The notes below the pieces were generated by a model. It made no database searches. It saw nothing but the letters and a program-made list of their open reading frames with translations, and was not told where the DNA came from. From IMG/VR virus record IMGVR_UViG_3300001481_000036: 64,000 nucleotides of DNA; one strand, written 5' to 3'. A program made the translations under genes and the position numbers. Positions 19,116 to 31,200 of the stretch are shown one piece after another. Positions within the stretch are counted from its first letter, which is position 1. Every line of letters begins with the position of its first letter. The stretch is from an uncultured virus (IMG/VR IMGVR_UViG_3300001481_000036) (lineage: Duplodnaviria; Heunggongvirae; Uroviricota; Caudoviricetes).

Positions 19116-19406
19116 ATGAAGAAATGGCAGAAAAATCCGTGGGCAGTGCCTAATTGTATACCTCCTTATGATGTTGTGGAATTTGATGAATACGGAAAGA
19201 AAATTTATGCTCATTCATACCGTAAGTTTGAAGATGCTTGGGCTCGTTTTCAGAAAGAACCAATAACTAATAAAGGTTGGATAGAGTTTCGTCGTCTTAA
19301 TAAAGTGGATGCGGATATGACCACTATTTTTATTCATAATAATAAAGGTATAGAGAATGTAGTTGAATGGCGAAATCTTGATAAAGTTGGCAAAGTAAAA
19401 ATTTAA
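19116..19406 (+). CDS. hypothetical protein
   Basis: 96-aa ORF downstream of repeat 5. Confidence 0.5.
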   Translation: MKKWQKNPWAVPNCIPPYDVVEFDEYGKKIYAHSYRKFEDAWARFQKEPITNKGWIEFRRLNKVDADMTTIFIHNNKGIENVVEWRNLDKVGKVKI

Positions 19407-19432
19407 CCATTCATTTATAAAGGAGACTATTT

Positions 19433-21165
19433 ATGAAGTGGCATAAAACATCCTCTAAGGATAGACCGGAACGATTACAGAAGTGTATTTGTTTGCAGGA
19501 CTTAAAGACACGTTATTGCAGGTGTTTTATTCGTATTTTTCGGTATAACTACATAAAAGAAATAGATAAAGAGTATTGGGAAGATGATGATAACCTGTAT
19601 GCGTTTTCAGACTTTGATGCTTGGGCGGAGTGGAAAGAGGTAGAAGATGACTATTTAGAAAAGTATGGGGGATAGGTTATGAGATGGTACAGCACTAAAG
19701 AAAATGTTAAGATAACACAAAATCCGTACTACCTAGTTAAATATATTGACCAGTTTGGTAGAGAAGATATAGCTGACTGCATTTATAAGAATGATAAATT
19801 TATTAATTTGGATAAGATTATTCCAGAAGAATTAAATGAAGTTATTGCATGGTGTCCATTTGAAGAAATAGAAGAATACCTTAACTCACATAATCTTTGG
19901 AGAAACCGAGATGATGAGTGTGATTACTTTAATAACCTTGGAATAATTGTCTCTACTACAGATGATGGAGAGTCAGTAGTAGCTATCCCGGCCATAGGTA
20001 AAGTGATAAACGGTGAAAGAAGATTCTATGAGTTGTATGAAGATGGATTGCCTGTTGGTGTAGTTTATGGTTGGGTAGAAATTGGTGATATTTGGACAAT
20101 CTTAGATAGAGGTTAGTATGATTGATAAGAACCACTGGAAAATAGCTTTTGCCTTCAATCCTAAGAAAACTTACACAGAATTAAAATGTAAATTTTTCTC
20201 TGATCCAGATTTCCGTAATGAGGTATTAGATTCCATTCCAGAAGATAAAATGAAAGAGATGAAGGAAACTTATCTGGCAACTTCCAAATTTAAAAATTTA
20301 ACTTTTGAAGAATGGTTTGACTTTGTTAGACGTACAGGAATGATAATTCCTTCAGCATAAAGGAACAAATTATGAAACAGTTTCGATATTGTTTGATGAT
20401 CTTTAAAAGATCAGATATGGACACACCAAACATTAAGTATGAATACATCCACTTTAAGAAAGCGGATGATGAGGAGGCTATTGCGTATGCAGAGCAATAC
20501 AGCAAAGAGCATATAGGTTATGTTATTAGGCTAAGATTAAGAAGATGGTGCAAAGAGCTAAATAAAGTAGAGTGGAGTACAATCATTAGTTTTTACAATG
20601 GTCGTATCTTCAGTAACAGCTTAATCTTTAAAACAAAAGGGTATTGGTGAATAAGAGATGAAATGGCATTATACAGAAAATGAATTGCCTGAGCAATATG
20701 AAGAGTGTTTTTGTGATACTGGAGAATTTCATGGCTACCAAACACTTACTTACAGTGACACAGAATTTTATGACAAAGAATGTGTAGAGTTTGAAGTAAC
20801 AAGATGGGCACGGGTTTCTGAAATCGTTACTATGCTTAACAAGAACACATAAAGAAAATTATGATATGAAAGAGTCTGACTACTAAGGAGAATAAGCTAT
20901 GAAATGGCATTATTTGAAAAATGAAGGTTATCCGAAATGGTATGCAGAAATAATTGTGAAATGTGAAGATGGTGACGTGTTGAAAACGGGTTATTCATCT
21001 TATGACGATGATAAAGACTATCACCATAAATCTTTTGAAGTGTCTTTTTATGATGATGAAGGTTTTGATGCTGATATGGGATCTCTGAAGTGGATTAATG
21101 TTGTTGCATGGTGTTACATAGAGGATGTCTATGAAGAACTACAAAAACAGGAGGTACAACCATGA
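19433..21165 (+). CDS. cluster of small ORFs (19433-19675, 19679-20116, 20118-20360, 20372-20650, 20658-20852, 20899-21165); four are MxW...W (DUF551-like) paralogs
   Basis: MKWH/MRWY starts and C-terminal (A/R)W motif; tight spacing with RBSs. Confidence 0.55.
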
Positions 21166-21338
21166 AAATAAAAGAGCTGATTGATTTGTTATCAGAATAT
21201 GATTCTGATTTGGAAATAGAGTTTGAGTTTGAAGAATATTATGATGATTTTGGGACATGGCTATTAGAGTTTGATAAACTTTTGAAACGTGTCTATGATA
21301 AAGAGTTTCTTCTTTTTAATTTGAAAAAGCGAAATTAA
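21162..21338 (+). CDS. 58-aa MxxxELIxxL-family protein (below ORF-track cutoff)
   Basis: GGAGG RBS; MKIKELIDLLSEYDSDLEIEF. Confidence 0.6.
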   Translation: MKIKELIDLLSEYDSDLEIEFEFEEYYDDFGTWLLEFDKLLKRVYDKEFLLFNLKKRN

Positions 21339-21389
21339 TAAGTGGTTATTACTGAAGTCACCTGATCATAGAAATAAGGAGAACAAACT

Positions 21390-21560
21390 ATGACAGAGAA
21401 AGAACTAATTGAAATATTACAGCAATTTGACCCAGAATGCAAAGTAATGATAGAAGCAGACAGGTTGGATATTACATACGGTGGCATAACTTCAGTATAT
21501 GAAAACTTGTTTTCTAAAGAACCTATAGTTGAAATAACATTTGACTGTGGTATAGTATAG
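21390..21560 (+). CDS. 56-aa MxxxELIxxL-family protein (below ORF-track cutoff)
   Basis: AAGGAG RBS; MTEKELIEILQQFDPECKVMI. Confidence 0.6.
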   Translation: MTEKELIEILQQFDPECKVMIEADRLDITYGGITSVYENLFSKEPIVEITFDCGIV

Positions 21561-21571
21561 GGGACACTGCA

Positions 21572-21790
21572 ATGAAAAATGAAGAGTACAGAAAATTTCT
21601 TAGAGACTTAGAGCATGATATATTCAATAGATGTCCCATTATTGGAACCACTAATGCTAAAGCAGTGGTTAGTAAAGCTGATATGGAAAAACACAGTTAC
21701 AGTGAGTACGAAGTTGAGCAGTATGCTTATGAATTGGCAGATTTTGTAGAAAACTGCATTAAAGAATATATAAACAACACAATGTTATAA
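21572..21790 (+). CDS. hypothetical protein
   Basis: 72-aa ORF. Confidence 0.45.
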   Translation: MKNEEYRKFLRDLEHDIFNRCPIIGTTNAKAVVSKADMEKHSYSEYEVEQYAYELADFVENCIKEYINNTML

Positions 21791-21841
21791 ATTAAGTACA
21801 ATACATGAAAGAATTGTATTGTACTTATAGGAGAAAGAACA

Positions 21842-22018
21842 ATGACAGTAAAAGAGTTAATAGAAAAACTAGCATTACTAGATTCTGATTCACAGGTTCT
21901 AATTCAGTATATGGATGCTGATGCTTATGGTTCGTGTTGGAAAGATCTTGAAGACTTTGACGAAGACGATGTTAGAGCAAAAGATGATATTGTAATTATT
22001 GATATTTCTGATAAATAG
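21842..22018 (+). CDS. 58-aa MxxxELIxxL-family protein (below ORF-track cutoff)
   Basis: AGGAG RBS; MTVKELIEKLALLDSDSQVLI. Confidence 0.6.
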   Translation: MTVKELIEKLALLDSDSQVLIQYMDADAYGSCWKDLEDFDEDDVRAKDDIVIIDISDK

Positions 22019-22028
22019 GATGTTTCTA

Positions 22029-22190
22029 ATGACAGCTGGAGAATTGATTGAAATGTTAAATACAGTGGATCCTGATATGGAGGTTGTCATTGAAGGACGT
22101 GACTCCACTGGTGAGTGTTGTGATGCTTATGAAATGACTGAGAAACATATTTATATTGGTGATGAGCGTATTGTCATTGTTGCGGAGTAG
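22029..22190 (+). CDS. MxxxELIxxL-family protein
   Basis: MTAGELIEMLNTVDPDMEVVI. Confidence 0.6.
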   Translation: MTAGELIEMLNTVDPDMEVVIEGRDSTGECCDAYEMTEKHIYIGDERIVIVAE

Positions 22191-22192
22191 TT

Positions 22193-22399
22193 ATGAAAGA
22201 GAGAATAATGTACGTTATTCAGAGAGCTGACGGTAAATTTTATTGGAAGCATCAGAGTATTTCCTCATATTACGGATATGAAAGTTTCGACAAAGCACAT
22301 TTGTTTTCTACCGAAAGGGGAGCGAAAGCTAGGATCGGTTATGGTAATGAAGGACAGGAGTGCAAAGTTAAACAGGTTAAAATAGTGCTTGTTGACTAA
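22193..22399 (+). CDS. hypothetical protein
   Basis: 68-aa ORF, GGAG RBS. Confidence 0.45.
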   Translation: MKERIMYVIQRADGKFYWKHQSISSYYGYESFDKAHLFSTERGAKARIGYGNEGQECKVKQVKIVLVD

Positions 22400-22459
22400 A
22401 GAGACACTTGCACCACTTTCGTAAAGTTCTCAATCTGCATTTGCTAAGGAGAATCGGCT

Positions 22460-23116
22460 ATGACAGACAACTTTAAACTTATTAAAGACTTTATTCAATC
22501 TCAATGGGGCGGCCAATTTGATTCTTTTACAAACGTATTCTATATGGTAGACATTATTGGGCGTGCTAAAGATAATGCTCGTATTATAGCAGGTAATCAT
22601 AAATTCAAAACATACTATATCAGAACAATAGAAGATTTTGATAAGTACGAGAATGAAATTAAGTTGCTTTGTGACACTCTTCAGATGCGAGCTTATATTT
22701 CAGTCAACCATAAGTCGATGAAGCATGTAACACTAAACACTATGGCAGAGTATGCTAATCGTATTGCACAAGAAAATTTTGATAAACCATATTCTGTGTT
22801 TGATTCATGTGCTGCAAAGTATGTAGAACGCTCAGAACAGCTATGGATTATTGATGTCGATAAAGAGGATGTAGAACATTATAGCTTAACTGCACCCATG
22901 ACAGTAGATGATCTTGTTGAACTTTACATTAAGATTATAGAGTCTTGTGAACCTAAAAAGAAAATCGTTACTGTAATTCCAACTAAGACAGGCAAACATA
23001 TTATCACACATCCGTTTAATACAATAGAGTTTTGTAATAAAGCACCACATTGTAAGTGTATGGAAGGTCTTATAAAGAAGAACAATAACACCCTTCTCTA
23101 TGAGAACATTAAATAA
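22460..23116 (+). CDS. phage protein with AEP/primase-like motifs (tentative)
   Basis: WIIDVD and PTKTGKHII resemble AEP motifs I and II. Confidence 0.4.
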   Translation: MTDNFKLIKDFIQSQWGGQFDSFTNVFYMVDIIGRAKDNARIIAGNHKFKTYYIRTIEDFDKYENEIKLLCDTLQMRAYISVNHKSMKHVTLNTMAEYANRIAQENFDKPYSVFDSCAAKYVERSEQLWIIDVDKEDVEHYSLTAPMTVDDLVELYIKIIESCEPKKKIVTVIPTKTGKHIITHPFNTIEFCNKAPHCKCMEGLIKKNNNTLLYENIK

Positions 23117-23133
23117 GGTAAGGAGGGCAAGCA

Positions 23134-23463
23134 ATGAAAGTTCAGGAATTGATTGATGTATTAAAGAGACTCAAACCTGATAGTGAGGTTCTGATTAGAG
23201 CTTGGTATGAAACAGTCATTCAAGATGAAGACACAGTGGATGAGAGAGTGGTTAAGTTTAATGAAGATTATTTTAGTACAGATTATGATTATGACGGAAA
23301 TTTTGTAATTTTTACTAGTTTAGAAGATGATGATGAAGAAGACTTTTATGAAACTCCAGAACAACGAGCTAAAGAGCATCGCCGTTCAGAATTGTACAGA
23401 GAGTATTTAGAAAATGGTGGTACACTTTCGTGGAATGAATTTCACGAAGGGAAAACAGAATAG
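23134..23463 (+). CDS. MxxxELIxxL-family protein with extra C-terminal module
   Basis: MKVQELIDVLKRLKPDSEVLI ... LYREYLENGGTLSWNEF. Confidence 0.55.
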   Translation: MKVQELIDVLKRLKPDSEVLIRAWYETVIQDEDTVDERVVKFNEDYFSTDYDYDGNFVIFTSLEDDDEEDFYETPEQRAKEHRRSELYREYLENGGTLSWNEFHEGKTE

Positions 23464-23501
23464 GCATGTAGTATATCGGTAAGCATAAAGGAGAATGAGA
23501 A

Positions 23502-24619
23502 ATGAGTTTAGATTTTTACGTAAATGTCCCGGAACAAACATATTATACACGTGAGAATGGTAGTACTGTAAGAAAACCTGCACCAGATTGTAATTATGAG
23601 AGTTTGCTTATTGGTAATATTACCCATAATCTTAATCAAATGGCAATGCACGTTCCTGTATCAGACACATTAACCCTCTATAATGTGTTATGGCGTCCAG
23701 ATGAATCAGACCTTAAAACCACTGATGATATTCTGGAGTATGTGACAATCGGTGTTAAATATCTGATTGACCACAAAGAAGAATTACTGCAATATAATCC
23801 AGATAACGGATGGGGAAGCTATGAAGGGCTATTAAACTTTTCAAGACGTGTTGGTTCTGCTTGTCTATTTCATCCACATTGCGAGATTGAAGTGAGTAGA
23901 TGATAAGGAGTAGGGAGATGGATACTGGTTGGAAAGAATTAAAATATACTCTACTAAACCTATATAGAAGGTGTTATGAACATGATAAAAAGTATAGAGA
24001 ATACCTTGAGAGTACTCATAACCTTCAGAATTTAGAAAACTATAGAAATTCCTTTTCTAATCATAAACCTGCACCCTACATTGTTCTTCAACACGTTAAA
24101 GATTTATCGGAAGATGGTAGAGATAAGCAAGATAAATATATTCTTTATTATCTTTTGCGCATAGATTCTACGCTAGATAGAATACCCATTGTTCATAAAA
24201 TGTTGTCTATTATAGACGCTGATTATGAGAAAAAAGAAGAAACATTAAGGGAATCTATGAGTTCCTTTTGTGAAAACAAGAATGATCTTGAACTATTTAA
24301 GCGTATGATGATAGATTATAACAACCTAATAAGTGACAAAGTTTACTAATCTTTAGGAGAAATAATAAGGAGATAACAAACCATGAAAGAACAGGACACT
24401 ACACATGAAGACCGTATAGTACTAATAACTAATGATGAGCGTCGTATGATTGTTCGTGCATTAGGTTTGTTAGAAACAGCATTGAACATAGAAGATGATG
24501 TTTGTTCTGATGATTATAAAGAATCTGTAAGAGAACTAGCTCATGTCTTTTGTGAAGAAAACTGGATGCCTCAATACTATATTAACTCCTATAAAGTTCG
24601 ATCGTTAGATGAGGTTTAA
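23502..24619 (+). CDS. three hypothetical ORFs (23502-23903, 23900-24349, 24383-24619)
   Basis: AAGGAG RBSs, overlapping start/stop; first has YNPDNGWGSY motif common in phage hypotheticals. Confidence 0.5.
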
Positions 24620-25334
24620 TATGTTAGACATCTACCTCTATCGTCGAAATAAGAAAAGAAAGAGAATCACTATAAAGGATGCTAACAAGGAACTTATAGA
24701 ACTACTAGAACAATCGCCAATAAAAGAGCTTAGAGAACTGAAAGAGTATAGCCAGTATATAGACAAACCATTTATAGAGTGTTTAAAAGAAGCGATAAAT
24801 GGTTATGTTGGGGTTATCTCTGGTGGCTTACAATCAGAAGAAGTCAGTCACAGTAAAGGTCTATGGAGTGTTCTCTGTATGTTTAAGGATTATACAGAGA
24901 ATTGCTCTAATATGGTTTTAGAGCAAGACACAGTTAAAGAATTATTCGATCTTGTCACAAAATCATTATGTGATGTCGAGAGACACTTTGAAGATAAGGG
25001 ATTTAAAATAATTAAATCCCCAATAAGTGATGATAGTGATAACTTATTGTTATTACAAAGTGATGGGTATGTAGCCGTTTCTGTTATTAACAGAGGAAAT
25101 TTTGAGTTTGAATCTACTGGAAAGATAGATCATACACTTGAGTATGAAGCTAATAAAGTTTGCTATGATAGGTTTTATTTTTACGACACGGATCCTTTAG
25201 ACACAAGTAGAACAAAGAAGTATTATGATGCTTGGATTTATGAGAAACTAATTAAATTGTATAAAGATTTGAAAAAGATTATAGAAGAGACAGACTTTAG
25301 TAAACAGCAAATTGTACTTAACGCTTCTTGGTAA
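24609..25334 (+). CDS. hypothetical protein, paralog of 41264-41926
   Basis: N-terminal LDIYLY and C-terminal ETDFSKQQIVLNASW vs LDVHFY / ETDWDYEQIVLNADW. Confidence 0.6.
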   Translation: MRFNMLDIYLYRRNKKRKRITIKDANKELIELLEQSPIKELRELKEYSQYIDKPFIECLKEAINGYVGVISGGLQSEEVSHSKGLWSVLCMFKDYTENCSNMVLEQDTVKELFDLVTKSLCDVERHFEDKGFKIIKSPISDDSDNLLLLQSDGYVAVSVINRGNFEFESTGKIDHTLEYEANKVCYDRFYFYDTDPLDTSRTKKYYDAWIYEKLIKLYKDLKKIIEETDFSKQQIVLNASW

Positions 25335-25338
25335 GTTA

Positions 25339-25450
25339 TCAACTACCAACAGTCTGAATAACTATGGATTTGCAACAGTCTTGTGGCAGTTGCTCTCAGT
25401 ATAGAAGCGAACGTGACGTTGCATTCGGGTACATTGTCGAAACTACCATA
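25339..25450 (+). ncRNA. orphan, shortened omegaRNA/HEARO-like element (IscB-type non-autonomous remnant)
   Basis: TCAACTACC.AC.GTCT.AA...TGGATT start matches the IscB element start at 35557; ACATTGTCGAA near the end matches ACATTGGCGAT at 35756; CAACTACCA can pair with TGGCAGTTG. Confidence 0.55.
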
Positions 25451-25517
25451 GAGACAGTAAAGGAACAATTTTAAGTATTACAACCAATGACGGCTACCTG
25501 TTTAAGGAGACAAAGAT

Positions 25518-26584
25518 ATGGAAGATAGCTTAGACCAAATAATACGGCAAAAGAAATTCGAGAGTAACAAAGAGCAAATAAGGAACTTTATTATTCATTG
25601 CCTAGGTTTTCAACCAGAGGACATGACAGGCGGCGAGTTTGCAAATGACTTCATGTGGAAAACAAAGAATGCAGAATTTAGGATAATATTTTATTACGGC
25701 TGTACATGGAAGGATGAGAAGGATTACTTTTGGTATTTTCTAAGGATTAACGGTAATAAAACTGAAGGGGAATACCACTTCAATGATCCTTTATACTGTG
25801 AGGATGAGGAAGAAATAGTTAAGATTATACAGCCTTTTAAAGACTGTATAGAGAATAGAAAGACTCTTAATGTCACTTCAAACAGAGAGTCAAAACCATT
25901 CACATACAGGTACTATGTTATTCAGGCTTTTAGAGACAATCTTTGGAGTGATGTCTTATTTAGTAGAGGGAATATTTGTACGGCTAATAAAAAAGCAAGA
26001 CATTACCGAAATCAGAATGATTGTGAAACCCGCGTGGTTGAGATACGAGAGAACATTGCATATTCCTATGAGTATGAAGTAGTGGATAAGTATGATAGAA
26101 ACAAGGAGAAGGAATAATGGATAAGGATAGGAAAATGAGATGTAAAGTTTGCATTAAAGAGATTGTGTTTGGTTATGTTGATCCAAACAAAGATTATACC
26201 CTGTGTGAGAAATGTGCTTTTAAAGATGAGGATCATTCAGAGTATTATGAGAAAACGCATAAAATAAGGAGACGAACAATGAAAGTTACTCTTGACAGAA
26301 TAGAACAACTTCAAAACGGATCTGCCTACATTGTTTTTCTCACTGATATAAACACTCACTTCATTGGTAAGTTTTCATTCATTGTTCCTAAAGCGTTTGC
26401 TTCAAGGGTGTGTCGATATATTGTGGAAAACACATTTGGTTATGGAACAGAGTTGGATGTTAGCATAATTCCTTTAAGTAATGGTAAAGAGATGATGGAA
26501 ATAACAAGCTACGTCTCGTATGATCCTAAATCAAAAACGGTACTTCGTTTAACAGAATATAGTCGTGATAAAAACAATGAATAA
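25518..26584 (+). CDS. two hypothetical ORFs (25518-26117, 26117-26584)
   Basis: AAGGAG RBS, TAATG overlap; second has CxxC...CxxC and a possible internal start at 26279. Confidence 0.5.
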
Positions 26585-26769
26585 CATTCTACTAACACTC
26601 TTAATATTCATCCCGACCGCACTTTTATTCTTTATTATCATTCCTCTTTTTCTAAGATGGTTTTTCGTGGATAGAAAACTGAAAGGAAAATAAGTGAGGA
26701 TTATTATCTATAAAATAGGGTTGTTTCTTTTTATCTGTAAGAACAGATATTTTTAAGGAGAATAAAGAG

Positions 26770-27249
26770 ATGAGAAAAATAAAACGTAGTTTAGAGTCAC
26801 GTGGTATTCGTCGTCGTTTTACTGAATCAGAAGAAAGTAATGTTATTTATACCGCAAAGAAAGCATGGTTTGATTCAGAAGAGGATTCTTATGAAAAGGG
26901 TGTTATCGACAGCGGAGTATCTTGGGATATAAATTTAGACCTTTCTGCCAATTCATTGGAAGATCTGTTCAAGAAAGTACAGAAAAGTCTTTATATGAAT
27001 GGTAAAGGCTATTCTTGGGGTGTTGAGCTTTCAGATATGAATGGTGAAACATGTTTTCTGGTAGAATATGAAGGTGATGAAGATAATGACTTAGCTTCTG
27101 ATAGTCAAATTGAAGACTGGAAGAATGGTGACGAGAGGCTTTGGCTTGTTCGCGGTAGAGTTCGTGTTATGAAAGCTATTAAGCCTTCAAATGTTCCTGA
27201 TGAAGAAATGAAAGCGTTTGCACGTGCAAACGGTCTTGACATCCTGTAA
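26770..27249 (+). CDS. monocistronic hypothetical protein, candidate head-internal protein
   Basis: basic leader MRKIKRSLES...RRFTES, own RBS and downstream terminator. Confidence 0.5.
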   Translation: MRKIKRSLESRGIRRRFTESEESNVIYTAKKAWFDSEEDSYEKGVIDSGVSWDINLDLSANSLEDLFKKVQKSLYMNGKGYSWGVELSDMNGETCFLVEYEGDEDNDLASDSQIEDWKNGDERLWLVRGRVRVMKAIKPSNVPDEEMKAFARANGLDIL

Positions 27250-27270
27250 TAAAAAACTTCTTATAGAAAC

Positions 27271-27307
27271 AAAAAGCCTACTGAATTATTCAGTAGGCTT
27301 TTTTATT
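27271..27307. terminator. bidirectional rho-independent terminator
   Basis: AAAAAGCCTACTGAA-tta-TTCAGTAGGCTTTTT. Confidence 0.85.
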
Positions 27308-27486
27308 GTTGTTAGCTTTTGTGTTACGGTTGAGTGAGTTGGACACACTTAAAAGAAAATTGTCTAAGAGAATCATTGAGTTAGACGAATCCATCCTAGG
27401 GGATGAAAAAAGGCTACCTTTTTGGTAGCCTTTCGCGTATATACCTCTTGGAAGTTGTTACTATTTATAGCGTAGGAGCAAATCAC

Positions 27487-28280
27487 ATGAAAGACCATCG
27501 AATCCTTTACCTTTCCATTTCACACTACAACACACCAAAAGACCCGACTATTTCTCGCAAAGTCCACTATCATCCTGTCTCAGCCTCTACCCCAGTTTCT
27601 TTACGGTATGAGGTAAAAGAGCATAAGTATGTTGACTATAAGCCTGTCTTATTAGAGGTGTTTAAAATAGACCTTAATACTCTGACTATTACAGAGGTGT
27701 CTAAGGACACTATGACTCCGCCCACAGATAAACAACTTAGTTTCATAAAGGGTATTTGTGAGACTTTAGAGCGTCCGTATAATGAGCCTGAAACAAAAGT
27801 AGAGGCTTCCGCATGGTTAAATTACTATGTCCCCATATACCGTAAGAAGTGTGAGGAACAGGAATTAGAGTGGGAAGCTAATCATTCAGAGATTATGGAT
27901 AACTGGGGAGACTGGCAATGAAACCTTATTATGAGTGTACCTATTGTGGAAAGAAGTTATATGAGGGTGATGAGGCATATAAGAATGAGTACAATGAACT
28001 TTATTGTAGCTTTGAATGCCTTAATCACTGTGAGAAAATAACAGTCAGTAACATTACCTGTATGGATAATAAGTGTTATTGGGAAGAAGAGGAAGGTGAT
28101 AGTGTAGATCCTCCAACAGAGAAACAGCTTAATTTTATAAAGACTATTTGTGCATATATGCCGTGGTTGGGACAACCTGAATTAAAGACTAAATCTGCGG
28201 CTTTTCACTGGCTACAAAAACATGTTCCTGAATATAAAGAGCAGATGATATTAGATCAGAAATTCATAGCAGGAACATAG
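27487..28280 (+). CDS. two ORFs (27487-27921, 27918-28280) sharing a PPTxKQLxFI module
   Basis: PPTDKQLSFIKGIC...TK..A..WL..YVP.Y vs PPTEKQLNFIKTIC...TK..A..WL..HVP.Y; second has an N-terminal CxxC...YCSxxC. Confidence 0.55.
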
Positions 28281-31200
28281 TGGAGGAGATTATGGCTTTT
28301 AATAAAGAAACACTAGAAAAATTCCCAGTCACTAGGATGAAGTTATTGCATAGAAACCTTATTGGTGTTTCTAAAGAATTGTATGAATTAAGTGAAGCAT
28401 TAGACTCAGAGAATACATACACTAATGATTTGAAAGATATTCATAATTCCTTAGAGGCTATGTGTAGGAATGATATAGAAGGAACTTTAAGAAGAATTAG
28501 TAATATCTGTTCTTTATTAAGCCTGTACACCCTTTCAGATAAGGAGAATTAGTCATGCCTTATTATTTCCCAGATGACCTTAAAGAGTGCTACCGTTTAA
28601 GAGGTAAATTTAAAAGCCTTAGTAACGGTAAAATCACTTACCAAGAATACTTTGCCCCAGATGAAGAATCAATGAAGGCTACTATAAATATGTGGCGACG
28701 GGAAGGGTGTTTTGAAGTAGCCATAGAGACTTTTCTTTGTAAGGATAAAAAGATTGTTTCTATGGTGGTTAATGCAGAGGAAGTTAAAAAGAAAATTCTA
28801 AGTGATATTCTGGTTAGCTGAAAGGAGAAAAGGGTCAATGGATGATACTCTATGGAAAGATGCCTTTAATGCCAAAACCGTTAAGATAATCTGGTTTTAC
28901 TTTTATGACTCACGGTTTAAAGAGATTTGTCGGAGTAAGGAAATCTGTTTCACAGAGTATTTGTATAAACAGAGTTTAGAAAAGATAAAAAGACTGTATT
29001 CTCGATACGGAGATATAGAAGTACACACTTATGTATTGGAGAATAAACCATGAATACAGAAAAGTTTGAAGAAATATCTTGGATACCATTTAACTTATCT
29101 GTTAAAATTGCAGGTTGTTTGTCTCGCCTACGATACCTACCAAGAGAACTTGAGTGCAAACATCCTATTAAGGTGGTTAAATTCTTAAATTTCTTTGTAA
29201 TTACATTCCTTATGAATGATAGCGGACATTATAGACAGGATTATACCATAGATCCAGTGTTATTAGATAGATGTGTATTCACTAAGAAAGCGGATGTAAC
29301 CGAGTTTAACAGTCTTATGAATGAAGCACTTTTTTGGGAAGAAGCTAAGATGGATAAAATTAGAAAAAGTAAGGGATTAAAGGATGATAATGTTCCACAC
29401 TTTACCATAGAGGATGACGACGAATGAGCATTGATAATATTGCAGACTATGGATATAATTGGCTGTCCAAAGAATTGTCAGATAAGGTAAATCACATACT
29501 TGCTGTGTTATACCTGTTGCCAACCAGTAAGGCTTTTCATACCCCTATAATGGTAAAGCAAACAGAGTGTGGTAATTATGTTATTACATTTAAATTTACG
29601 TCAGAGGGTAACACATTTATAGAAGATGTGATGATAAGAATAGATGCTATAATAGACCTAGCTCGTTTTAAGCCTGATGCCGTAAACGAATACTTCTCTG
29701 TGATGAAAGAAGCATTGGATTATTCAGATATGCTTAGAAATAAGCATAAGTATTTAAAGGCGTTTGGTAAGGAGAATAAAAAATGAATAAAAGACAATAT
29801 TTAAAACGTTTAAAGAAAGCGCTTTTGAAATACAGAAAACACAAAGGAAAAAAGTTTTATACTTTTAGAGGTGTGGATGAAAATGGAGTTTTTACTCTTT
29901 TGGGATTTACAGCAAAACCGAAGCAAAAATATTGTAAGGTTTATAATGAAGAATACATAACAGAGGTTAGACACTATTCTGGTAAAAGAGCTAATACGAT
30001 GTTTAGTGTCTTTAATGTTAAGTATGAAAGTCAGCTATAAGAGATATAGGAGATTCCGTCATGCGAACCGACTTAAATATTTGTGGGGAAAATTACACCC
30101 AAACTATTTATGTTATTTGTTTACGGTCTGAACAATTAAAAGATGATCCTAATGGATGGTTGCACCACCACACTTATACAGACTTAGAGAAAGCAAAAGC
30201 AGGTTTAAAGAAATTACTGAAAGACAATTCTTATAACTATTCCTATAAGATAAGAAAGTTTGTGATTAAAGGAATAGACCTTATCACTGATGAAACATTC
30301 CCGCTTATAGCGAATAGAGATACTTGTGATTGTTTCCATTGCGGAAAGATGATTCAATCTGGGGATGAATTAGTCTTTGGTGGAGATTTGGGAGAGGTTT
30401 ATTGCTCGCATGAATGTGTGTCTTTGAATAGAGACAATGAATATTGGACAGCCATAAATAATCCAGATGAGTATTTGCCTTGGTTTCCAGAAAAAGAAGG
30501 AGATTAAACAATGGAAAACACAAAGCTGTATAAGGTAACGGTTGAAATTTCTTTTGGAGATTGTGAAGGACGCAGAGAACTGAAAAGAGAGACTAAAACA
30601 CAAATCTTTGAGACATTAGATGATGCTATCCGCTTTTCTAAACGAGGTGGAATGGAAGGTTATAATTACGAGATAATTAAAAAGCAGATATGGGAATATA
30701 CAGTCAGTTCTGTTAGAGAGATGCAGGAAAAAGAAAGAGAGATTATCAGACAAGTGGTAGAGAAAGAGAAATATTGGGAGTAGTCTATGTTTGGTGAAGG
30801 ATTAGTAATACCAAAAGAGCATACGCAAGAGAGCTATGAGGACTTTATTAAAACAGTAAGTAAAGCCTCTTTAGAGTACGACTATGAAACTCTTTATAAT
30901 GCACTCTGGCCGCACATTAAAAATGTTTATAAAACAGCAACCATGTATGTGTTAGATGAGTGTATAGATGTATTTAATTTAGCTTTTAAAAGCTGTATTC
31001 ATGCCGCTAAGAGATGGAAATTTGATTTAGAGGAGAGTTAGATTATGTCAGCACTTAACCTTAGAGACTACAACTTAGAATTAGAGTTAAGCATACCTGA
31101 ATCCATACCATGTACTAAGAGAGATGTTTGGTTTCCAATAACCAATATAGACTTACCCACATTTGAGGTAACTAGGGATATAGTAGGCTTATTCCCTAAC

